From: Eledone cirrhosa
Taxonomy: Eukaryota
DNA length: 64,000 nt
Direction: 5' to 3'
Assembly: GCA_964016885.1 (NCBI GenBank)
Contig: CAXHJY010000739.1
Location: 62,001 to 126,000, forward strand
The notes beneath the pieces were generated by a model. It saw nothing but the letters and a program-made list of their open reading frames with translations, was not told where the DNA came from and made no database searches. This document shows positions 12,186-25,995 of the stretch, piece by piece. Within the stretch, counting starts at the first letter, position 1. Every line of letters begins with the position of its first letter. The position numbers and the translations under genes were made by a program.

Positions 12186-12597
12186 ATAATAATAAACAAA
12201 GAAAAAAGATCGTGTCTGATTGTGGATGTGGCCTGCCCATTCGGCACGAGAGTGCAAGAGAAGGAGAGGGAGAAAATTAACCAATACCAGGACTTAAAGT
12301 GGGAGGTAAAAAGGATTTGGAACTGCCATGAAGTCAAAGTGATCCCGATTGTCATAGGCGCACTGGGGACTATCTCCAAAAGTTTCCAGGGATGGTTAAA
12401 GAAAATCGGCCTCTTCACGCTTTTTGGAACGCTTCAAAAGGCATGCTTGCTGGGAACAGCAAGAACCCTTCGATACGTCCTGAATATCTGAGGCTGCAGG
12501 TAGTGGCTTGATATTCATTCCAACGGACTTTCCAGTTAACTAACATCAATGACTGAGATTCAAGGAATAATAATGATAATAATAATAATAATAATAA
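12186..12597 (+). mobile_element. 5'-truncated R4/Dong-clade LINE (restriction-like endonuclease C-terminus, 3'UTR, (TAA)n tail)
   Basis: ORF 12222-12491 DVACP..EKINQYQDLKWEVKRIW..VIPIVIGALG..LQKACLLGTARTLR is a typical R4-clade RLE end. (AAT)n tail at 12566-12597. Confidence 0.85.
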
Positions 12598-12679
12598 TTG
12601 TTTCTACTTTTGGCACAAGGCCATCAATTACCCAGTGCATTACTGGTACTTTATTTTATCGACCCCGTAAGGATGAAAA
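12598..12679 (-). mobile_element. 5'-truncated SINE (family A, short-3' subfamily) between two (AAT)n tracts
   Basis: Nearly identical to 10095-10175; AAT repeats on both sides. Confidence 0.85.
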
Positions 12680-14681
12680 ATAATAATAATAATAATAATT
12701 TGGTACTCTTTAAATATTGTGGGGCTCCTGACTGAAGCCTTATCAGCACCCCAAGTTTATCGAATATGTCTAGGTGTACATTGTCCAATATGTTCTTCCT
12801 ATTTTAAAATGGTAGGGTATTATTTGGTGGCTACCTGAAAGCGACAAACACATTCACCATAATCCATGCCTGCATGTGGATCCACCCTGCATAGTTTTGT
12901 CTCTCTAACATCCTTACTTTTCCATGGGAAAAAAATATAGTCAGATACTTTTTTTGACAAACCTCATATAGAAAAAGTGTACTTGAGTTTCAGCTGCAAC
13001 CAATTGTGTGCAGTGGTCTAGATTCCTCAGATCATGTGAGGTATGTTTACTAAAATTATGCTGAATACATTTCCATAGGTGTGCCATATGGAAGTCAAAT
13101 TGAAATTCTTTGAAAAGTTTGTCATGGTAATCTGGAATATTTTTTTCTGTCGCTCTCCTGGAGGGAAACTTTTTATTCAAATTCTTACTTTAAATCATAT
13201 TTAAAACTATTTTTCAGATGTTGGAGTGGATGGTAAACATTTTAGTTTATTTCTAAGGATATACATTGCTAATGTGATTTAATTAATTTTGAGAATAAAC
13301 AAGAATATTTAAAGATTTGTTCTAATAACTAGCGTGTTCATTAAGCTGGTGTTTGGAACATAAAAACATTCTTATATAAAATATTGGTGGAAGGTTTTAA
13401 TTTACATAAGAATACATTAACACTGGCTGGCAGATTTATATATTATATAAATATAGAACAAAAGATAGTCTTAGGAAGGTTGGTGACAAAAAGATTTTTT
13501 AAATACCTCAACTTTCTCAGCTGTTGGGTGTATATATTTTAAGATCCTGCTAAATTTACATTTCAAAAAGCATTAAATATATTTTAAATTTAAATATAGA
13601 TTATATAAATTTCCTCTGTGATAATTAAAGATTTGACAGCACTGTAAACATTTGTTTTATATCTACAACACCTATCTACAACAACCAAATAAGTATATTT
13701 AACCCTTCCATGACCATATCTCTTATCAAATACACTAAGTATTTCAATTAATTTTGAAAATAGTCAAGAATATGATCACATTTAGTAAAATAAATAGCTT
13801 TTAAGTTAATTTCTACACTTAAAATGTCTAAAAAAAAATACTCAGGGACAGCTGTTGCATGAAAAATGTGCAGTGCTACTTGATGTAATGAGCCAAGAAA
13901 TTTTAATTAAAGTTATGCCTGTGTTGAGTGAAAAAAACAACAACATTAATTAATGGTTAATTCTGGTTATGAAAGTGATAATAGTAAATTGGTCGCTAAT
14001 GTAGTGAACCAATAAATTTTAATTAATTCAAATTAAAATTATAATCTCACCAAATATAGTAGTATTTTGTGAGCTTATAGTTCAATCAGTTTAGTATTTC
14101 TCAAAGTAGAGATGAAACTCATGTTTGATTGTCTCTGTGAAGAAAAACACAAAAAAAGATACATTTATATGTCAGTATATTTATTTACAAATTGACACTG
14201 TTTCAATTTAATCATGTACTATTTCCATAAAGATGTGTGTTTATCATTTATTACAGCTATTTAGAGCACAGTGTAACTCTTTGATACCAAATCACCTGAA
14301 ACTGCTCTGGTTTTATCATACTTAACTTCCCGTTTTTAAATATTCATCTTTAAATTATAACCTTCCATCAACATTTTTTTAATAAATTTTTGTTAAGTAA
14401 TATTCCTAACATCAAAGTTAAAAGGTGACATTTATAATTTTTCCCCACCCCTCATATATATATACTCATGTATAAATCACACCTTCTTTCTCAAAAATAC
14501 ATATAAAACCAAAACATGACTTATCTACTGGATCTACAAGACCTCAATTCAAAATATATGGTACATTGTATGTAAAATGAGGGTGAAACTTATCATTTGG
14601 TGCAACTTAATACCAGTATGTATAATATTTTATAATTAATTTCTTTGGATTTTTAAAATTCTTATTATTAATTATGTTTAG

Positions 14682-14890
14682 GGAGCGTATGCTGGTAGAA
14701 TCTTTAGAGTGGCAGGCAAAATCCTTTTCAGCCCTTTATGTTTTGCGTTCAAATTTCACCTGGGTCAACTTTGCCTTTTATTTTTCTGGGTTTGATAAAA
14801 TAAAGTACCAATAAAGTACTGGGATCAATATAATTGACCTTCCCTGCCCCCAAATTTCTGGCCATGCGCCAAAAGTAAAAATCCTTATTA
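14682..14890 (+). mobile_element. SINE family A, diverged
   Basis: GTTCAAATTTCACCTGGGTCAACTTTGCCTTT...GATAAAATAAAGTACCA body. Confidence 0.75.
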
Positions 14891-17366
14891 CTTGTTTCAA
14901 ATTTATGTATGCAGTTAAATTGATATTTCACAAGATTTCAAAATAAAACTGACTGAAGTTGTGTCAATGAGAATAACTAAATTTTATTTTATCAAATCAG
15001 TTTTAAAGAATTTTATTCAATTTGCAAAGAAATACTGAGAGAGTAATTTATTGTTTCCAGACAAATCTTTCATTTGTAAATTATCTCTCAAATGTTTCAT
15101 TATTTCAATAGGGGGCATTTTCTTAGAATAGAAGAAAGTTGAGTAAAATGATATCATAGCAGTGAAAGACATTCCTCATTTTGCTTAAACTTCTTTATTT
15201 TTTTTCTTTCTTTCCTTTTTTTATAGGGTAAATTACTGTCCATTGTTACTGAATCTGTAGTTTTCCCACTGCTGGCTGTGAAAGTGGAATCTGCTTAAAT
15301 TTCATTACACACACAAAATTTAGGTCATCAATAGTAGCACACAGTTTGAATGAATTCAAGTTTATCAACATGAATGGTCTACCAGGAGTGGAATTTGACC
15401 TTTAAAAAGATGGGGGCAATTGATATTTTAGTGCACAAAATTGCAGACATATAAAATTGAAGTGAACAAGTTAAAAATAGCAACTTTTTTTACTAAGATG
15501 CTGTAAAAATATTTAAGGACTGTCCAACACAATCTATAATTTTTCTGTAGTGTTATTTCAATAAATATATTTTATTCTTCACATATTGTAATTTTTAAAA
15601 AATTAAATCTATTGAAGATAAAGTAAATATTTCTTTCTCTGGTTGGGGTTGGCTAGCTGGTTGGTTGGTTCTCAGTATTTTAGAGAAGAAAGAACAACAC
15701 CAATGTCAAAATAATGTTTGTTGCTATATAAAGATATCATGGAACACTGTGGTGTATAGGACTAATTTATTTGGTGCAATAGTTGTGAGGTTAAAGTGTT
15801 GGATTACTGACTACATGGTCATAAATCTTAGAACAGTAATTGTGTTGTAGCATCCACCAAAGTACTTAACTCTGCTTACTCTAGCATCACCGACTAAACA
15901 AAAAACACACACGCTTTATCCTACTTTACAAATGAGTGGTTATGATAAGCAGGATAGATCAGGGTTGAGAGGGTAGATGGACTAGTTAACATGGGCCTAC
16001 TTGCCTCAAGTTGTAGTTCTTTTAATCTGTTGTTACTTGTATATACTTGTAACTTGTTACTATGTATATACTTGTAACTTGGTACATAATTCATATGTAT
16101 TTAGCACTGATTACTAAACGAGGTAGTTTGAAATGTGGTTTATATTTCACAAGTAGTCAAAGCTTATTACTAGCTTTGCAAGGCCATAGTGATAAGAAAA
16201 GAAAGGTCAGCACCATGCCATCCATGTAATCCAGAAAATCAGATGTAAAAACAAATTAAACAAGAGAATCCAAATGATGATATATATCTCTGACAAAGGA
16301 TTCTCCCTGAAATATTAGATTTTCCACTATCTCATGGTAAATCAATTTATTCCACTATTGAACTGTAAACAACAAAAGAATCATCCTACCTGTGCAAACT
16401 GTATAAAATTAATGTAAAACTGGATTTAAAAAGTTTCCTTAACTCTTGTTTTGTCGAACGGATTTTATCCTGAAATATTAAAGAATAATTAAACACCTCC
16501 AAGGTAACATTCCATCAACTTTATTATCATTATTCTTAATATTCAAAGTAGAAACAATTATTCTTAATATTTAATGTTCTATTTTCATTGCTGTAGCTCT
16601 CTGTAAGACACACCATTTTCTACACTTACCACAATGCTTCAAGCAAACTACATCCTAATATACAAATAAAAATAGTTTTCAGCTTTGAAATATGTTGTTT
16701 TTTTTCTTTAAAGATATTGAAAATTTGAAAACATTTATTCAAATTTATATGTGGCTCCAGGTTTGATTGCACTGTACAGCAATTATGTGTGTTCTACTAT
16801 ATTCTCTGGTTGTTCAATATGAAATTTAGTAGGTGGAAACTGCATAGAGCCATTGAAAAGCATGCATTGTGGTATTTGATCTTCGTTCAAATGCCCTTTG
16901 ATTTTCATTCTTTCAGTCCAGAGAAGTGAATTAACAGAATTGTTAGAGTGTTGAACAAAATACTTTACAATTTTTGTCTCTTAACCTTTTCATTACTGTA
17001 TCTCTAAGAACAAAACATTGCATATATGTTTCAATCAATTTTGAAAATAAACAAATTTTGAGGAATTTAATAAAATGATCAAGTTTTTCAATTAGTATGT
17101 TTATATTTAGATCATTTGTTAACAACAATTTCTAAAATAAAATTATGATGGAAAATTTTACTATACGTATATATGTGTGTGTGTATATGTTTATATAGAT
17201 GTGTATATATTTATATATGTATATATCATGTGTGTGTGTGTATATATATATACAGTATTTCCCGGCATCGAAGATGCTATTTTTTTCATAAAATAAGTCT
17301 CGAAAATCTAACATGCATCCTGGAGGACAAAGGTTGTGTTTCTCAGAGTCATATTCTAACCCCAGA

Positions 17367-17945
17367 GGTTCTGCCCACCTTTCTCATTCAATGTTAGAAC
17401 TAATGTAGGTAGGAAATGTTTAGCACTCCTAGATAAACACTTCCCCACAGAACATAAATATAGACCTATCTTCAATAGACACAGGTTGAAACTCGGTTAT
17501 TCCTGTGCTAAAAATATGAAAGTCCACATCACCACCAACCCCAACTGGATGCTCTTGCAGAAGGCCGGAAACATGCCCACTTCAACAACAATGTAACATA
17601 CCCGCAATAGTCTATGAGACTGAAGTGACATCTACTTGACCAAACCAACAACAGGAGGTCAAAACATATGTGGGTATAGCGGTGGGCCAGTTTAAAGAAT
17701 GCTTCCTTAACCATCAGATGACCGTTAGATACCTGGATAAACGGTTGTCCACAAAGCTGGCAAGCCACATATGGTCACTCAAAGATGCAGATGTCAATTA
17801 CTCCATTCAATGGAAAGTACTGACCAAATCTAGGCGATATGGAAGTTCTATTACATAATCTCTTGCAGAGATTATGTAATAGAACTTGTCTCAATTCAAG
17901 ATAGGGTTTTTTTAATCACTGAGAAATACTTTTTACATAACAAGT
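17367..17945 (+). mobile_element. Penelope-like element 3' fragment (linker and GIY-YIG endonuclease), decayed
   Basis: Manual translation FCPPFSFNVRTNVGRKCLALLDKHFPTEHKYRPIFNRHRLKLGYSC, then CRRPETCPL..C..AIVY..KTYVGIAVGQFKECFLNH..STKLASHIWSLKD..YSIQWKVL. These are hallmark Penelope motifs. Confidence 0.88.
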
Positions 17946-17995
17946 TCCCAAAGACAATCAGTCATAAATTCTTGTGGCTTTGAGGTTAATAAACA

Positions 17996-18208
17996 CGTGG
18001 ACTGAAGACAGAACTATGATGGACACCTACTTGCACATTGAATTCTTCACTAAACTCATTGCCTACTCTTACTATGATGACAACATCTCTATACATTGCT
18101 TGCACTGCTCTCACAAGCTACTCATTTATGCCTTGCTTTCTTAAGAACCACCAGATAACAGATTGTGGTACTCTGTCAAAGGCCTTTTCCAGATCTACAA
18201 AAGCTAGC
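17996..18208 (-). mobile_element. RTE-clade LINE reverse transcriptase fragment
   Basis: Minus translation LAFVDLEKAFDRVPQSVIWWFLRKQGINE*LVRAVQAMY..EEFNVQVGVHHSSVFSP. Confidence 0.8.
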
Positions 18209-18229
18209 TGAAAGGAGCTGAAAGATTCA

Positions 18230-19100
18230 CGATTCAACTATGAGGTGACAGCAGAGAGGAAAACCCATGATCGATGATCTGATGGTGTCAGATGCTGGAG
18301 TTTGTCACTGAAGTCCAGGAGATCATCAACAATTATCCCAGCAAGTCGATCGTGCCATTGCAAGAGAAAAGTGTGGATGAAAAGCTCATCAGGCTGGTGG
18401 TACATGAGGACATTTGCTATTTTTCATACAAAATGAGGAAGGGACAATTTCTGCCCAAGGCATTGCAGGAAAAGCAATTCAAACGCATCAAGAAGCTGAT
18501 CAACAAGTTGAAACATCCACTGGAGTTAGACATGCTGTGGTTCTTCTCCGATGAGAAGAACTTCTGCCAAGACCAGAAGATCAATTCCCAGAACAAGAGT
18601 TGGCTTGCTGTCTCACTGAAGGGCATGTACAGAGTCATGCAGACAAAGTTCCCAGCAACAATCATGGTCTTTGATATCGTCAGCAGTGAAGGTGATGTCA
18701 TCCTCCAACACTTTTTCCATGAAGGCCTCAGGTTGAATACTGATGGCTATATCCATGTTCTGAGTGAGGTGGTGAAGCCCCGGATCAACTGGGTAACTGC
18801 AGGGTGGTTGTACGTGAGGCAGCAAGACTTGGTGCTCTTCCATATTAGCCAGAAGACCCAGGCCTGGCAGTTGGAGAACTTCTTCGACCACCTGAAATTT
18901 GGCCTCCTAACTTGCCTAATTGCAACTCCCTTGACTTCTTTGTGTGGGGCACAGTGGAATGAGAGACCAACAGATTCAGTGGCAACACTAAGGATGAGCT
19001 GAATGCTAGGATCACCAGGGCCTAAGTCAAGAGACAGTGAAGAAGGCCTGTGGCTAGTTCCGAGGCAGCCTCAAAACTAAAGGTGAGTTCACCATATGAG
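18230..19100 (+). mobile_element. Tc1/mariner-superfamily DDD transposase pseudogene
   Basis: ORF 18292-19002 contains WFFSDEKNF, TKFPATIMVF, GLRLNTDGY and RQQD..HIS. A frameshifted WPPNLPNCNSLD follows (cf. WPPxSPDxNPLD). Confidence 0.88.
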
Positions 19101-20769
19101 ATCCACAGAACATGTTATGAAGACAAACAGACTCAAGTTTGGCGAATATATCTAAAAAAATAAAAACACTGTGCTATTTTTTCCCAGACAGTAATCTTAC
19201 AAATGAATACAACCTGAAACTGTAAAAAAAAACAAAAAAAACACAGGCATAGTGTTTGGACTATCTGAAATGGTCTGTACACTAATGGCCTGGTTTTTAA
19301 TATAATATAACCATATCTTTGATTGACCACGGATCCAATAGGTTTCTGAAACTGTTCAAGTAGTTTTTATTGAAAACTTACCAAATATATTCAAGGTTAT
19401 GATGTCAATATTATCATTCTATAGTAAGGCTAAATATATTTTAACCCTTTCTAATGAAATACAGTGCATTTGAATTAGTTAATGAAGAATTTGGTGGGAT
19501 TTACTAAAATTACAAATTATTTCATTAAGGTGGTATTTGCAACATAAACAATTTTTGTATAAAACTATGTTGGAAGATTTTAATTCAAATAGGTACCCTT
19601 TACAATGAATTGTTTCCTAAAAACAGAAGCAGTTTTTGGCTGGTTGATGACAGAATTTGACAAAATTTGATGTGGTATTTTATTGTCTACTTCTATATTC
19701 AGAACTCAAATCTTGCTATGATCAACATACTTTTAAAAAAAAAAGTCAAAAGGGTTTTCATATGACCTTGAGAGAGAAGTTTGAAGCCCTAACCAACATT
19801 TTCTCTATTGACTGAGAAATGACATATTGAAGTGTGTGTCTGGTTTTTAACCTTGCTACTATATTTTAAAGTGTTTATCATTATCACCATCATTTTAAGT
19901 TCACTTTTCCATGTTTGCATGGGTTGGACGGGTTCCAGCACAGCATCCCTCCATTCGTTGTGTTCTTTGCTCATCTCCTCTGTGAATATTAACGATTTGA
20001 GATAAGCTTTCACCAACACTGTCCAAGACTTCCTCAACTGCAGCTACTTTATATAAAACTCTTTCATCATAATTCTATGTAAGAACCTTTGTTATATTCA
20101 AAACACCAACTTAATAATAACAAAGTGAGTTATTTGACTAACCCCACCACCAAAATAAAAAAAAATAAAAAAATTGACTATTTTCAAAATTATTTGAAAA
20201 TCATAGGCTGTATCTTTTCATTAGAAATATGGTAATGAAAGAGTTAAAATTAAGAGTCAGGTGAGAAGACAGGCCGAACTGGTATATCACACACCTGCTT
20301 ACAGTACCTCTTCCTTATGACAATCTTAGAAATCAATATGAAATATGACTTTATACCAAAAATAACAATTATTCAATAATTTTAAATGAGGTGGTGTCAT
20401 TAGAACATCAGATAGTATGCTCTACAGCATTTGTTCTGGATCACTGCACCCTAGTTCAACCTTGCCTTTCATTTTTCAAGGTTGATAAAGATAGTACTAT
20501 TCCAGTACTGGAGTGGATTCTTCCTTTATATCTCTTTCACACCTCTCCTCATGAAGATAGTAGTTGTATTCAAACCTGGAGAGGCATGGGCTCCGCTAGG
20601 TTTAAAATGTCCCTATGGTGCCCCTACAACTCCAAAAGGAGTTACAGGTTCAGATATATGTAGATTAATTTCAAATCCTAGATTCCCCTTTTTTAAAATC
20701 TAGGATTCAGCCCTCCTCAATTTGTGCAACCAGAAGATATATCTGTTATACATTTGCGGTAATTCCAAT

Positions 20770-21960
20770 TTAAACAATCAATCTGGTGTGGCACCAGAAA
20801 AGATTGCACAGGTGGGTGAGGAGATACTCCCAAACCCTCAGTTGTCGGAGTGTTATGAACTGGATCCCATTGGGAGGGAGGATTTGCCTGTTGAAGCTTA
20901 GGCTGAAAGAAAGATCTCCCTGGGTGACACAAGTTTTTGCACCAAACAGAAAGCCCGAATATAGATCTTTTCTTGATGAAGTAATGGCAGTGTTAGATGT
21001 AGTTAAGACTGAGTTATATATCCTAATGGGAGACTTCAATGCACATGTTGGCACTGACCACATGTCATGGATAGGAGTGAATGGAAGGAACAGCAATCAC
21101 AATCTAAATACAAATGGCGAGGCCTTATTAGACTTATGTTCTAGTATCAGGCTCTCTATTAAGAACACCTTCCAGCACAAAGACATCCATAAATACACAC
21201 GGTATAGAGATCAATAATTGATTTTATTGTCTCTGATCTCATTGTTTAAGATGGAAGTTCGTGTTAAGAGAGGCACTGGATTGTCAACTGATCAGCACCT
21301 AGTTACCTGCAGCCTGAGACTATCAAAAGCCAAGAGAGCCCACAAAACTAGCAGGACCAGCTTGACCTACAGGATAAAGTGGAACGGTGATTACCAACAT
21401 GCGTTTGATGAGTTCGCTGCAGAGTGATGTACGGCAGGATTGAAAATCATTGCTGTGAAGACCAAGACACTTGTCCTTTGATGGCAGCCCATGTAGTGCA
21501 CTCTACATGCGAGTGAAGTTCCATTGAAGCAGTTAAAGTATCTAGGCGCAGTAATGCATTGGCATCCAGTTATCAGAAGGGAGGTAGGTGTAAAGGCCAA
21601 ACTCACTATCTTCAATTCGGTATTACTAAAAGGATATGGTTGCAAATACAAACAGCCAGAATGGGGTTCCTTCGAAGAGTCTTTGGAGTAATGTTACTAT
21701 ATAGAGTGCGTAGCTCAGAGACTAGAGATGCTACTTCTCCAAATTGAGAGATCACAGCTGTTATTACAGACATATGGTAAGAATGTCTTAGGAAAGAATT
21801 GTTGGACAGATTTTACAGGCAAAACCAGCCAGCAAGAGACCTAGGGGTAAATCTCAAGCAATGAGCTTGCCTAGGGATCCAGCCAAATCAATTGGAGACA
21901 GTTGTTATTAACAAGGACCCGCTGGAAGGCAAGCTTGAAGACTCTGCCTCCATGACCTTT
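20770..21960 (+). mobile_element. Internally deleted RTE-clade LINE (APE fragment joined to the RT C-terminus)
   Basis: VFAP, LMGDFNAHVG, HKYTRY and STDQHLV (APE), then directly GLKII..KT, KYLG and RMGFLRRVFG (end of RT and C-terminus). The RT core is missing. Confidence 0.8.
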
Positions 21961-22398
21961 CTAAGAAGAACTATTATTAATATTTGTTTTTGGGGGTGAA
22001 TATGGCAACAAACCTTTTGTATGCGATAAGCTGACAAAGGCACAAGGCTTCAAATTTGGAAGTCAAATAAACAACCTCAGAATTTGTTATAAAAATATTG
22101 ACAAATATTAAGAAGTGAAATCTGTTATATTTTATGAAGTATAACAGAATATAATATATTTTACAGTGTGTAACGTTTTTAGGACCATTGCTAAATACAT
22201 TTATTCAAGAATGCCTTCAGGGGCCACATATCTTTTATCACAACTTTTAATCTTTGCATTGATAAGAAGCTTGGTAAAGTTTAGAAATATTTGTTATCTG
22301 TCTACATATGTAGGTTCATATGTTAAGAATATAAAACATCAGCTAATTTTTTATGCATACACACCTGTGTATATAAATCTACATATATGTTACGAGTG

Positions 22399-22680
22399 AA
22401 GGCGCATAGCTTAGTGGTTAGAGCAGTAGGCTTGCAATCAAAAGGTTGTGAGTTAAATTCTCGGACTGAGTGATGTGTTGTTTCCTTGAGCAAGACACTT
22501 TATTTCATGTTGCTCCAGTTTACTCAGCTGAAAATGAGTACCAGCAATAGCTGGAGGTTTAACCCTGCGATGGACTGGCGTCCTGTCCAGGGGGGGAGTT
22601 TTGTACTCTCAGTTGCTTCACGCCATGAAACCGGGATAACACTGGCCAAATGAGCCTTCTGGCTTAAGACAGACTTTAGA
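22399..22680 (+). mobile_element. tRNA-derived SINE (family B)
   Basis: GGCGCATAGCTTAGTGGTTAGAGC head and TCCTTGAGCAAGACACTTTATTTC core. Sibling copies at ~23020-23220 (+), ~34760-34960 (+), ~35745-36000 (-), ~37810-38045 (-). Confidence 0.85.
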
Positions 22681-23019
22681 CTTACGGCCTGCCCACCCAG
22701 CCAGTTGAATGGCATCATCATATGGATAAATATCATGTGCTAAATATCAACAGGTATTTAAAATAGCTGAACTATTAACATACATAGATGCAGGTGTGTG
22801 TACTTTATACATACATATATTAATCTAAATCATTTGCTGAACAATACACACATATATATATATATTTGACTCTACAAATACTATGAGCCTTTCATTCAAA
22901 GCATGTTTAATGAATTTATTACACAATTTTTATAAAACAAGCAAATATATATATATATATTTAAACAATGTATGAAACTGAATTTTCGGCTTGTGAAGCA
23001 CTAAGAATATATGTATGTG

Positions 23020-23220
23020 CATGGCTTAGTGGTTAGAGCATTGGCCTTGCAATTGACAGGTTGTGAGTTCGATTCTCGAACAGGGTGATGCGTTGTGTCC
23101 TTGAGCAAGACACTTTATTTCACATTGCTCCAGTTTACTCAGCTGTAGAAATGAGTTGCAATGTCACTGGTGCCAAGCTGTATCGATCATTGCCTTTCCC
23201 TTGGACAATATCGGTGGAGA
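23020..23220 (+). mobile_element. tRNA-derived SINE (family B)
   Basis: TGGCTTAGTGGTTAGAGC (A box), GAGTTCGATTC (B box) and the shared core. Confidence 0.85.
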
Positions 23221-25809
23221 GTTTGGCATTAATATAATGAAATGAAGTTTACAGTTCACACATATGTAGGTTCAGCTGTTCTTCACAGAGGCTGTATCTC
23301 ATAGGAGCCCCAGTCCTATCATGAAAAGCAACATTATGATTGTGAGTCCACAAACCTAACAACTAGGCCACATAATATATATATCAAATTAAAAAATGGA
23401 GTTAAAGACTCACATTTACATATAGTGAAATGGTTGGCATAAAGCTATATGAAATATGCCAGAATGGAACATTTGAGTGACATAATCTGACCTGCCTAGT
23501 GCTAAGAAAATGACAACCTGTTAAACTCATGCAAACATGGAAAATAGACGTAAAACTACGATAACACATGCACACATAAAGGTTTGTGAGCACATGCATG
23601 TACACGTACGTAGAAGAAATCTGATACATTTATGGAAAAGAGCATCGAATGAAGGTTTTATTGAACAAAGGAGGCTGTGAGATTGGGGTAGGGACAGGGC
23701 TGGGTGTGGTAGAGATTTTGATAAAATTCCAAGGGAGTTCACAAATCACAGTTGTTTTTTTTTTCTTTTTCCCTTCTTCTGTGGAGGGGGTCAATAGAGA
23801 GGGTGAAAAGGGAGAACAGGTAAGTACAGCTGATGCCCAATGAAACACATCATTGTTACTAGCATAGTTATATGTTGTCTACTGGTGTATTACAACAACA
23901 ACAGTAATAATAAAAATAATTCATAATAATAATAATTAAAAATGATAATTAAAAATAAATAGTTTTAAAAAAATTATCAAACATGATATTAATTGAAAAG
24001 TTAACAAGTAACATCATACATACACACACGCACACACATATATACACACATTTATAGTTATACAGAAATATATATACACACACACACATAAATATTGTGT
24101 CATCTCATATATAATGCAGTTTTTTTCAACTGCATGCAATAAAAATAAGAGGGGGTGGGGGTAAACACCTGCATAAACTTTCGATAAAATCAGGTATTAA
24201 CTTCACCTTGTCCACATTCTTTGAAAAGTGCAGTTTATCTTAATTTTTAAAAATAAAATAAATAAAAAAAAAAAAGCATTATTTATGGGATGTCCCAATA
24301 TATACATACACATACAATTGTGTGTGTAATTATATATATACAATAAAATTAAAATCTAAAAAAAACTAAAACAAAAAAAAACAGGATAAACACTAAAAAA
24401 TAAAAACATACAAACAACAACAAATACACCAATTAAAGACAATCGCAGTGAATAGATAAAAAATAATTGGAAATAAGACAAAAATAATATAAACTAATCA
24501 AGATGTACATTAAAAGATGAAGGAGTCTGTTTAAATATTAGAATGTAGGAAGTGAACCCACGAACTGGTTGTTAACAGGAGAATGCATTCAAATCAGCAA
24601 TTATCGGTTCATTATTATTATATTTTTCATTGGTTTGTCTCTCCATATCTTTAAGTCTCAATATCATGTATGTATGTTTTTGTGTGTGTGTGTATATATA
24701 TATATATATGTATAATATATATATATATATTATATATACATATAAAAAAGCCACATGTACACACACATACATGATACACACATAATGAACAAAAAACAAA
24801 AATAAAACAAAGTAGAATAAGATACTATATGTATACATATATATATTATATATGTATACATATATATAATATATATATATATACACACACACATGAATCA
24901 CTCAATTTGATATTGTATAACTTAATGTTTATCTTCTTCACAAACGTGTATGTGCATGATTTAAACATAAGGCCATATGACAAGTGAAATTACACATACA
25001 CACATATGAGTGTGTGTATATATATATATACAGTATCTGATATAAGTTTTCCTACAATAACAACAGTAAAATAATTAATGATTTTAATAGTAATAACCAA
25101 TCAAATTTACTGTATATTTTTCGTTACTCATGCAGTCCTCGACTACATTATCCAATGCAACCTTCCTCTCTTGAGGAAGCTTTAGCCGTTGTTTCTAGCA
25201 GGTCAAATGGCTACATAGTCTCCCTCATTGTTGACATCTCAGGTAAGCCATACCAAAGCTGTGGCTATACCATTATATTTTTGTCTGTACTTAACAAGTA
25301 CAAGGCTTGATGGTGGTAAGAAGGAGCACATTTTGAACATTAGATTGGTATACAGCAAATTTGGATGCGTTTATTTAATAAAAATTATACAGTATAATAA
25401 TAATTTCCCAGGTCAGTTTTTGGTAGCATGTTATCATATGTTAACAACTTATAGTACACTGCATATATGTGTGTGAGTGTGTGTATATATATACACACAC
25501 ACACACACACTTATATATATACACACACACACACACACTCACATATATATATATTTACATGAAACTCTGAGGAAGGCCAAGGTGTTTGACAACGAGGAGA
25601 GCGCAAAGTGTTATTAGATTGGAGGGAAGACACATCCATAGATGTGTATACATATTAGATTGTGTAGTAAGCAATTTTGTTATTGAAGTCATCATCATCA
25701 TCATCATCATTAATGTAACCCATACCAAGTGCACAATGCATCTTATTAGAACTCACATAAGCTTATTTATCTGGCTTTCATTGTCTTCTACAGAACATCT
25801 CATCAGGGG

Positions 25810-25995
25810 GTGTTGCTGTTTACTCTATGTGATTGTGTATGTGTTGCTGTATATGTAATAGTGTGCACGTCTTGCAGTTTATTCTACATGTGATAGTGTG
25901 TACATCTTGCAGCTTACTCGATATGTACTAGCTGTGCATGTGTTGCAGTTTACTGTATATGTGATAGTGTGTGTTGTGGTTTACTCTATGTGTTT
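25810..25995. repeat. Degenerate ~35-bp minisatellite
   Basis: Recurrent TTGCAGTTTACTCTATATGTGATAGTGTG variants, about 5 copies. Confidence 0.65.

Noticed and set aside
25567-25600. CTGAGGAAGGCC possible hammerhead start
   Set aside because: No stem II closure or GAAA box downstream.
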